A DNA stretch of 64,000 bases from Zootoca vivipara (lineage: Eukaryota), in assembly GCF_963506605.1 (NCBI RefSeq), contig NC_083289.1, positions 27,838,001 through 27,902,000 of the forward strand, read 5' to 3'. Shown piece by piece: positions 55,130 to 64,000 of the stretch (within the stretch, counting starts at the first letter, position 1; each line of letters starts with the position of its first letter). The position numbers and the translations under genes were made by a program. Under the pieces are notes generated by a model. It made no database searches. It saw only the letters and a program-made list of their open reading frames with translations, and was not told the DNA's origin.

Positions 55130-55740
55130 TTGAAGAGTGGGCAATTATTTATGTATGCAACAACAGCAGTGCGGATACTACTGGCCCAGAGATGGAAAGA
55201 AGATGAAGTCCCGACCAGAGACGAATGGTTGATAAAGATGATGGACTACGCCGAAATGGCGAAAATGGCCGGGAAAATCAGAAATCAGGAAGATAGAAAC
55301 TTTAATAAAGAATGGGGGGGAATACAATTTACTTAAGCGAACACTGTAAACAACTAAAAACTTTGGCAGAATTTGAATAACGCTTGTAATGTATTAGAAA
55401 CTAAGGTAAAAATGGACTATTTTAAGAAAAATAGAGAAAATATATGATGCAGCAGAAAAAGTTTGATAATGGAAACCATGGAGGGGTGAAGGGAAGTCTA
55501 AGGATTCAAGGAATCCTAAATCAGGCATCCCCAAACTTCGGCCCTCCAGATGTTTTGGACTACAATTCCCATCTTCCCCGACCACTGGTCCTGTTAACTA
55601 GGGATCATGGGAGATGTAGGCCAAAACATCTGGAGGGCCGCAGTTTGGGGATGCCTGTCATAAATGTTGATGATTATGATTAATGTTTGAATTCAAAAGT
55701 ATAGTGTAAAAGTGAAGAAAAAAGTTTTTTTAAATAAAAG
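55130..55740 (+). mobile_element. L1-type LINE 3' fragment (with an inserted MITE)
   Basis: Peptide LFMYATTAVRILLAQRWKEDEVPTRDEWLIKMMDYAEMAK resembles a non-mammalian L1 ORF2 C-terminus; AT-rich 3' end with AATAAA. A related fragment lies at about 36066-36470. Confidence 0.7.
55522..55657. mobile_element. hAT-type MITE (same family as 25302)
   Basis: Same TIRs; TSD TCCTAAAT/TCATAAAT. Confidence 0.92.
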
Positions 55741-56561
55741 AAGAGTGGGCTGAGCATGGGCAGGAATACGGGAGAGAAGCAGAAGGAAGGAAGGTGTCGT
55801 CGTCCAAGCACCAAATAAAAGCCCCATGAAGCTAAATCCTAGGCTGCCCCTCAGATCACCAGCACATGATGGTGAATCCCGCTGCTGCTCTGAGGAGGAG
55901 GAAACAGTCCACTGAAAGGTAAGGCGTATGGCACCAAATGAGAACACGAGGCAGAACCGGACCAGCAGGCTGCCTTCTGCAGTTGCTACCACTAGCCATT
56001 CAAACTGCTATGGTGACACAGCCATTGCCTGCTGCTTGCCCACAGCATTTGGCACTCAGAGATGGAACCTCCTTGTTCCAATAGCCTATTTCAGCACTGT
56101 GGCCAGAGACACTGACCAACCTGTCCTCCGCACTTGTGGCTGGTCAAGCTACCTCTGCTGCTCACAGTGGTTCTCCCACTGCGTGGCACTCAGTGGCTGG
56201 CGGCCATCACTTTTTTTGGTCTTCCTGAAACTGCTACCAGTAATTTTTGGTGTGCTGCTGAAGGGCTGAGGCTTTTGCTCCAGGGGCTGGGCAGGCATGG
56301 TGGGGCAGTGCCTGCCATAGAAGAGCCCACAACTAGCCTGGGACAACGTTTAAAAGAAAAATATTCTGATCTGCCACCCTCAGGCACCCAGAAAGAGATT
56401 CAGGAAGGCTGCAGGAATCCCAGCCCTGCTGAGAGATCACACACCACTCCCTCCCCACCCCCGAACGTCCCCCTCCTTCCCCAGAAGCTTTGGAAACAGA
56501 AGACTAGAGAAGAGTCCAGGAGCTGCAGGGAGTCATTTGCGTCCTCTGAGTTCTTCTTGCC

Positions 56562-56570
56562 TCAGTCATC
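56562..56570 (-). CDS. ARPIN: ARPIN terminal coding exon (DD*)
   Basis: ctgcag|GAT GAC TGA completes the acidic EWDD tail. Confidence 0.88.
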   Translation of the reverse strand, partial: DD

Positions 56571-59500
56571 CTGCAGAGAATAGCAGCAGTTATTCCAAGG
56601 GACCCCTAGACAGGCTTTGTTCCCACCCAGGACTCCAGGCACAGGCCCCTGAAGTCAGCCCCACCAGAACAGGGTCAGTCTGGCTCCTGGGCTGGAGCAA
56701 ACCCATGAGTTTCCGAGTCTCAGCCCGTGTCAGAGAACCCTCTGCCCTGGCTGCTCAATCTAGAGTGGTCATCCACATACCCATTCGGCATCTTCTGCAC
56801 CATCCCCATGCCCCCGGGGCTCATCGGACGGCTCCCCATGATCCTTGAAAGCCAAGATGTTGTCTGTCCAGGAGGCCCCAGCCTGCTGGTCACCAGCAAA
56901 ATTGCACTTGGTCACTGTCCCCACATCCAGCTTGGCTAAGGAGACTGGAAAGGAGAAAAAAGTGGCAAGAGCTAAGTGGCAGCACAGGTGCTTGGCATGC
57001 AGATGGCCCCAGGTTCAATCCCCCATGGCACCTCCAGGTAGGGCTGGGCAAAAGACCCCTGTGGAGAGCTGCTGCCAGCCAGTGTAGGCAGTACTGAGCT
57101 AGATGGACCAATGGCCTGATTCAGCTGAAGGCAGCCTTCTACGTCCCTGAAAAGTTTCTACATGGAATATACACTGGAGGAAGGAATCTAGTCCCACCAG
57201 GGTGTCCCCTTCCAGAAAGTGTTGATGCTTTGGCAAATCCAGGTCCTAGCATGAGGAAGGCTTATCCCCCAGGCAGGCCCAGCGGGGTGGTGAATGGGTA
57301 AAGGGGCTGACCAGGGAAAAGAGGCTTTGGGGCAGCAGCTCTGCCTGCAGCACTTACAGACAAAGGGTCCATCTCCCAGAGTCCTCAGGCGGATCTCCAT
57401 CCCCACCTCCAGCTCCATCTTCTCCATCTCACTCTCAGGCAGCCAGAAGGCCACAGCCTGGCTGGGTGTGTAGGGCTGCGTCACCTTCACTAACTCTGGC
57501 TTGGTCACCAGGCACTCCAGCTCTTCTGGGGTCAGCCTGTCGGTCTCGCCCTTGGCCTCCACCTCTGTCCATCACAACACAGGAAAAAAAGACAGATGTG
57601 TACAAGGAGGGCCTTACCCAAAGGCCCAGGCACACACACACAGGAGCCATCAACTCCCAGCTCCTGGTCTCAGGCTGGGGACCACACCTGCCCTCCTTGA
57701 AAAAAGCCTCCTACACCCAAGCAGATCCTAGAGCAACCTTCACCAACTTCGTACCCTCCAAATATTTTGGGGCTACAGTTCCCATCAGCCCCAGCAGGGC
57801 ACCAGGCTGGCAAAGGCTGTTCTACAACCATGCTGGGCAGCTTGTTCCACTGCTGAGATGCTCTCAATCTCCCCACCCCACATGGCAGGAGAAATTCATG
57901 CGAAGAGGAAAGGCAGATCATATGCTGAGACACCCCAGTTCACTACCCAGGATAACAGGGCAACCTCCCAAGCCTGCTCTGCAGGAACACTACCCTCTGC
58001 TCTGCTAAGGCAGACCAAGGAGAGGCTTCTGGGCAAAACTCACTGTAGGATGCCATGAGGAAGCCAGTATTGACCTTCCGGGTTTCGCTGAAGTTGGGCT
58101 CCACCTCCTTCCCCTTGGAGTCAAATTTGCGGCGATGAACAAGCCTTGGCCTGATGTATAGCACGAAGTAGCGCTCCTGGGGTTTGGGAAGGAAAAGAAT
58201 CTGCTCACTCTGAGTCTTCAGAAAACACCATCACTTTTGACTGTTGTTACCACCTACCAGTCCTATTGCCACTACATTTGCAACTCTGTATTACTGTTGA
58301 TGCAAAAAAAACTGGAACATGTTGGCATTCACCAGACAGTGTTGACAATCCCCAGCACCAGCCATTGTCAACAGTCATCATGAAGAAGACAGACACAAAA
58401 ACAAAAACTGCTCATTTCTAGTTTCCAACAGTCACAGAACCAATGCAAAAATTACAGTGGGTTGCGCAAAAGAAAAAAATCACACTCACAGCTAGCAAGA
58501 ATGAATTACTCTATATTTCTTCCTCTAGAACAATATGCAGGGTATCAGTGTCAGACTGGATGAGGGTGAGTGAACTGGAACTTGAACCAGACAAGTTACA
58601 GGTAGGTAGCCGTGTTGGTCTGACGTAGTCAAAACAAAGCTCTGGCCCTGGTGAGACATGCCTTTGTTACATCTTGTTTGGGTGACTGCTACATGGGTGA
58701 CTCTACGTGGAACTGTCCCTCAAAGATTGTTCAGGAATTGCTTCTGGCTCAGAATGCTGCAGTCAGGACCTTGACAGGGGGTGAGAGGAGGCCTGGGACT
58801 CTAAGGTGACAACAGCTACCATTGCCTCCCAGACCATTTCCGGCACAATTCAATGTGCCAATTGTGACTTATAAACCCCTAAAAGGCTCAGGGCTAGACT
58901 CCCTGAAGGGCACTCTACTGCACAGCCCTGATCCGGTATTGCGGTCTTCAAGAGAGGCCTTTCTATCTGTCCAGCCAACATCTGATGCACACTGCTGGGA
59001 ACTCGAGAAAAAAGTTTCCACAGATACTGCATCCAGAGGCAGGGGGAAGGCCCTTGAGGATGGACTCCATTTAGCCAGGATAAACCATTTTCATTCAAAC
59101 AGGTGTTTGGCTCACTAGGCTGGTCTGTTTGGCTCTGTTGCCGTGTTTATACTTCTAAGTTAACTATGCTTTTGATTAACTGCCTTTATCTATATGCTTT
59201 TATCCAGTTTTATTGCCATGTTTTCTATAGACTGATCCTTTTTTATTGTGGATTTTATTACTGTTAATTACCTTGGACAAAGTACTGTTACCGTAGTTAC
59301 CTTTTGATGGAAAGACAGGATGTCAAGGTAACAAATAAATATCCAAGGAGAAAAGTCAGCAATGCAATCTGGCAACATGACAAAACCTTCAGATTGTGTC
59401 AGTCCCCTCCCTTCTCTCCCCATCTGGCAAATAATCCAGTCCACCAGCATGGAGGATCACCTGCTCATCCTCTCAGGGTGGGGCAGGGCAGGCGGCTAAG

Positions 59501-59956
59501 GACCCAAGGGCCTCTCCTGCTTTGGGGACAGACTCCAGTTCCTAATCTCACACACACACAAAAAAAAACCTTGGATCTGCAGGCTATTCAATATTATCAT
59601 CAAATTGTGCACTATAAAATATTCAAAGCAACCTAAAATAAAAATAGTATGCACTAATAGCCAAATCTGGTCAAAACAGCAGCAACAAAACCATCTTTTT
59701 TTGGAAAAAGTCCACTGAAGCAACTCTGCCTTTACTGCCCTTCTAAAAGTGATGAGAAGCAATCTAGTCAAGTTATTTCTGCAGGGAAGCTGTTCCAAAT
59801 CTGGGTGCCACAACCACAAGGTACATACTGGCTTTATTTATTAAGACTGTGGGGATCCCAAAGCAGAGTCTCAGCAGATGAATGAAGTTCTCAGACTTGC
59901 ATACAGGGAGGCATTTCTTGATACTGTATATTCCAGTCCTGGGTGCTTTAGGGTTT

Positions 59957-60010
<54 letters not shown>

Positions 60011-62113
60011 TTATTATTTATACCCTGTGCATCTGGCTGTGTTTCCCCAGCCACTCTGGGCAGCTCCCAACAGAATATAAAAAACAATAAAACATCAAAC
60101 ATTAAAAACTTCCCTAAACATGGCTGCCTTCAGATGTCTTCTAAAAGTCAGATAGTTGTTTATTTCCTTGACATCTGATGGGAGGGTGTTCCACAGGGCG
60201 GGCGCCACTACCAAGAAGGCCCTCTGTCTGGTTCCCTGTAGCCTTACTTCTCACAGTGAGGGAATTGCCAGAAGGCCCTCAGAGCTGGACCTCAGTGTCC
60301 GGGCTGAACGATGGGGGTGGAGATGCTCCTTCAGGTATACTGGGCCAAGGCCATTTCGGGCTTAAAGGTCAGCACCAACACTTTGAATTGTGCTTGGAAA
60401 CATGGAAGCAAGTGGCAATAAATGTAGATGGAATGAGACTGAAGTCAATTTGATCGGAATGAATGGCCCCATCAAAACCATGGCAGGTGCATTCTGAAGC
60501 TTCTGGAGAGCCTTTAAGGGCATCCCCACATACAGCACATTACAGTACAGTGGTACCTCGGTTTATGAACTTAATCCATTCCGGAAATCCATTCTTAAAC
60601 CAAAGCCGTTCTTAAACCAAGGCATGCTTTCCCTAATGAGACCTCCTGCCACCGGTGCCCTTCCTCCATTCGGCTTCCGTTCGTAGACCGAGGTAAAGTT
60701 CACTAACCGGAACACTACTTCTGGTTTTGCGGAGTTCTTATACCGAATAGTTCGTAAACAAGGCTGTTCTTAAACCGAGGTACCACTGTTGTGCAGTTTG
60801 GAGGTGACAAGACCAGCCCTAGTTTCTTGAAAAGAGCACAGCTGGCATTTAAGACACAGCTAGTAAAAGAAACCACTCCTAGTCACCGGTGCCACCTGGC
60901 CATCTAGAAACCAAGCCAAAACCAGCTCTCCCAAATTGCTGTTTATTACCCTCATCCAATCTAAAACTGCTACTTAGCAGGATCCTCTCCAATTCAAGGC
61001 ACACAACCTTGACCAGCCAGGAACTGTCAGAACTGACATTTTTGTGTTATGGCAAAGGAGGTTATGTATCTTTTACTCCCACACCAGGATTCCCAGGTGG
61101 GATTATTATATTTGTGGTGCAGACACATCCCTTCATTTCCCACAGCAAAGGCAGCATTCTGAGTGGTGCAGTTGGCGAGGAGAGGGTCACATGAACCGCT
61201 TCAATGCAAACTACCTCCCAATGTAATGCCGTGAACAAGTGAGAACTAATTCATGGAGGATAAAGCTATCAATGGCTTTTTGTCTTGATGGCTGTGTCAG
61301 ACCTCTAGCAGCAGAGCCTCAGAATAGACTATGGCTTTCCTGCACTGCACTTATGGGGCTTCTCAGAGGCACCTGCAGGGGAACAGGAGGTTGAGTGCTG
61401 GTCCGATCCAGCAGGACCGCTCTTCTGCTCTCATTAGAAGCCTCACCTTTTTGTCAGCATCATCCAAGATGAGATGGCGAGACACATCCAAGAGCTGCCC
61501 CTCCACAATCACACCGTCACCACTGCAGGGGAGAAAAGTTAAGACACAGGGGGAGAACCCAAAGTGAAGAGTTTATGGGAAACTTGTGTGTCAATCGCCC
61601 CACAATCCCATGGGGTTATAGAGTATCAGGGAATTTTGATGCCATAGAGGGGAAACCTATTTTTTTCACTTGTCCATCCATGCCATTCCGTCTCTGCCTG
61701 ACCTACCTTACAGGGCTGTTGTGAGAATAGCATTAAAGGACCCCATAGGTCTCCATGATTCTGTTCTTGGATGGTCCAACTTCCTAATTGTCCAATATTC
61801 AACGGGTGGGGGATTCACTCATTTCTCTCGCTCTTAAGGGGTCCCTCAAGGATTCATTCTTGGTGCTCAGCTCTTTTCCCTCCACACAAGTGTCCCTGGG
61901 CGACCGCATCAAACCCGACCCCTCCACGCTGCACCCCCTCAGTCTGCAAGGGCGGGAGGCGCCACTACGCACTCTACACATGCTCAGAGGCCCCTCCCCG
62001 CAGAAGCGGCCCACCGCCTACCGCTGCCAGGAGGCGGGGTCCCAGCGGCAGCGCAGGCGCTCCGTGTGCACAGCCTTGGTGCTCAGGGCGCCCTGGTCGT
62101 AAATGCGGCTCAT
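56562..62113 (-). CDS. ARPIN: Arpin (Arp2/3 complex inhibitor, C15orf38); whole-gene span, 6 coding exons, 681 nt, 226 aa
   Basis: MSRIYDQGALSTKAV...YIRPRLVHRRKFDSKGKEVEPNFSETRKVNTGFLM...GDGAEDAEWDD*. Exons of 92/76/133/207/164/9 nt with consistent phases. Confidence 0.96.
56781..56944 (-). CDS. ARPIN: ARPIN coding exon 5
   Basis: SLAKLDVGTVTKCNFAGDQQAGASWTDNIL...GDGAEDAEW. Confidence 0.95.
57358..57564 (-). CDS. ARPIN: ARPIN coding exon 4
   Basis: VEAKGETDRLTPEEL...AFWLPESEMEKMELE...GDGPFV. Confidence 0.95.
58044..58176 (-). CDS. ARPIN: ARPIN coding exon 3
   Basis: ERYFVLYIRPRLVHRRKFD...GFLMASY. Confidence 0.95.
59957..60009. repeat. (AAC)n microsatellite
   Basis: Directly visible. Confidence 0.95.
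60010..60400 (-). mobile_element. L2 LINE 3' end with (AAC)n tail
   Basis: Closely similar to 5045-5410. Confidence 0.88.
60548..60788. mobile_element. Tc1/mariner (Tigger-like) MITE
   Basis: CAGTGGTACCTCGGTT...AACCGAGGTACCACTG TIRs. Confidence 0.85.
61447..61522 (-). CDS. ARPIN: ARPIN coding exon 2
   Basis: GDGVIVEGQLLDVSRHLILDDADKK; AG/GT flanks. Confidence 0.93.
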
Positions 62114-62620
62114 GATGGCGGCGAACGCAGCACGGCCGGGGGAGGTGGGGCTACGGGAGACAGCGGCTCCGCCCACACCCTGCCTGCGCCTGCGCGGTAG
62201 CGGCAAATTAAAAAAAACCACCGCCAAGGACAGCACTGTGATCGCCACTTGAGCTGAGTCAGGGCTCGGAGTGTAACTGCGGGAGGGAGAGGGGAAGATA
62301 GAGGCGAGTCGCCGCCGCCGCGGAGTTGGCCGCTTCCGAGCCAGGCATTGGTGCGCGGTTCGGCCGGTGAAGGCATTGATTGGGTGATTAAGAGGAAGGA
62401 CGGCCGCCCCCTGCACGCGAGAGGAGGAAAATGGCGGGAAAGAAAAGGGGGGAGGAAGACAGGGGCAACTACGCGCTTGCGCACTTTCACTTACGCATGT
62501 TTCCCGTGAGGCGAAGCACCCACAACGCCCCTGCGAGGGAAGCCAGCTCAGGGGACGTTTCAAAGCACGCAGATGACGGCGCTGGAGGAGCAGGCTGAAT
62601 GCAACTACCTGAGGCACCCC
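61950..62620. promoter_or_regulatory. ARPIN CpG-island promoter
   Basis: Dense CpG; GC box at 62169; NRF1-like TGCGCCTGCGC at 62185 and GCGCTTGCGC at 62473; CCAAT boxes (ATTGG at 62347 and 62379); YY1-like AAAATGGCG at 62428. Confidence 0.75.
62022..62113 (-). CDS. ARPIN: ARPIN coding exon 1
   Basis: MSRIYDQGALSTKAVHTERLRCRWDPASWQ; donor CG|gtaggc. Confidence 0.94.
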
Positions 62621-64000
62621 GTTGAGACTGCCTGCCTGTGCCTGCCTCTTGTAAGGCTGAAGCGCCCCAGGTGGGCCCTTCCTTCGCTCTTGCTTTTTTG
62701 GTAACCCAGGCCCTGTGGTCGCAGGTGAGAAGAGCAAGGGGCTGAGAGGACTCAGAAAGTGGCTCTGTATAGCCAGGAAGCTCACCAATGTCAGCGGCTT
62801 TTTGCTTCAAGCTCTCTGGCCTCCATTAGTGAGAGTGAACAGAGAGGAATGGGACGGAAGTGCTTCAGGAGCCGTTAAAACCTGGCAGAATGGCAGATGC
62901 AGAGGTGCCGTGCAGAGCACAGAAAAGCCACGTAGGGATCCTTTCTACACACACAGCCCGGGCTCTACTATTATTACTGTTATTATTATGCACAATTTAT
63001 TTATATCTCACCTCTTCCCCAAATTGGGATTCAATGCGGCTTCCACAGATCAAAACGGCACAGTTTAGATACAAAATGCTAAAAATACACAAAAGGCAGT
63101 TGTTAAAAAGCAGTTAAACTCTAATAGAATTAAAACAATATGAAAAACAAAAAATACTGTACACTGTTAAAAGCTCTTTCCTTTTAAAAGAAAAAGTTTC
63201 CAAAGGCCTGTTTGAACAAAACAACCTTCACCCACTGGTAGAAGGAAAATAAGGAGGGTCGTCCCTCCCTGGGAACCTAAAGCAGAGCCTGCTGGTTAGC
63301 TGATGGTCCATCTGGTCTAGTATCCTGTTCTCACAGTGGCCAACTAGATGTTCTGGGGTCATTGTGGATCACTACAAAGACATTGCCCCAGAGTCCTGTA
63401 GCAGTAGAAAAGTGAATTCAGTGGTAAGATGTGGGAAAAGCCTGGAAGCAAGGATTATGTTGCTCTTATGTCCATCCTTGGTGCCACCACATCTAAAAAA
63501 AGAATATTGGGGAAATGGGAATTGCAACCAGAGGGGTCACCCCTTACTTTCTGTGGCAGCAGCCCCCTTAATGTAATGTTCTTAAAAAGCCATGGCGGGG
63601 GCAAATGTTTGGCTAAAATTGAGGGAAGCAGAGTGGAGCTTGAGGATTTCATTAAGGCAGTCTTTGCCAACCTGGTGCCCAGCAAGTCCAAAACACATAG
63701 GGTACTAGGTTGGCAAAAGCTACCTTAAGAGCCCATTAGCTCTACAGTCACAAGTACAATTTTCTTTGTTGAGGTATGCCCACTGGATGGCAAGGAATCA
63801 CTTCTAAAGCCCCTTGCCCTACCAGAGGACAACATTCTGCCAGCAGGGGAAAATGCCACACACATTAAGGTCAATAGGGAGCCTCAGATTGCTGCCACTC
63901 TGCTCTTCCTTCCCCTGCTCCACCTCCCTTGCTGCACTGCAGGTCTCTGCATCCTCCCTCCCTCATTACTGCTGGTGTGATGATCAATCTAAAACTTGGG

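Noticed and set aside
54923-55336. 137-aa ORF as a novel gene
   Set aside because: Its C-terminal half looks like an L1 ORF2 end and it lies in repeat-derived DNA.
59773-60453. Poly-Leu/poly-Asn ORFs and ORFs resembling those at 5128-5515
   Set aside because: Translations of an (AAC)n microsatellite and L2 3' ends, not host genes.

Overview
Vertebrate genomic DNA. The repeat content (CORE-SINEs, tRNA-head/CR1-tail SINEs, CR1, L2, L1, hAT and Tc1/mariner MITEs) suggests a squamate, probably a lacertid lizard; this is an inference. Four intact protein-coding genes could be reconstructed by hand with GT-AG junctions and consistent reading phase: MESP1 (minus, 2 exons, 252 aa), MESP2 (plus, divergent from MESP1, exon 2 less certain), ANPEP/aminopeptidase N (minus, 20 coding exons, 983 aa) and ARPIN (minus, 6 coding exons, 226 aa). 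Order and orientation match the human MESP1-MESP2-ANPEP-(AP3S2)-ARPIN block, but I could not find AP3S2 in the ~21 kb between ANPEP and ARPIN. The main points of interest are: homogenised MESP1/MESP2 bHLH domains sharing unusual residues; an identical 19-bp T-box palindrome next to CATAAA in both Mesp promoters; T-box site clusters between the Mesp genes; an apparent two-promoter ANPEP architecture; and a microsatellite-encoded poly-Thr ANPEP stalk. I found no convincing wholly new biological system. There is one 230-N assembly gap. Comparisons with human and other proteins are from memory, and no searches were run.
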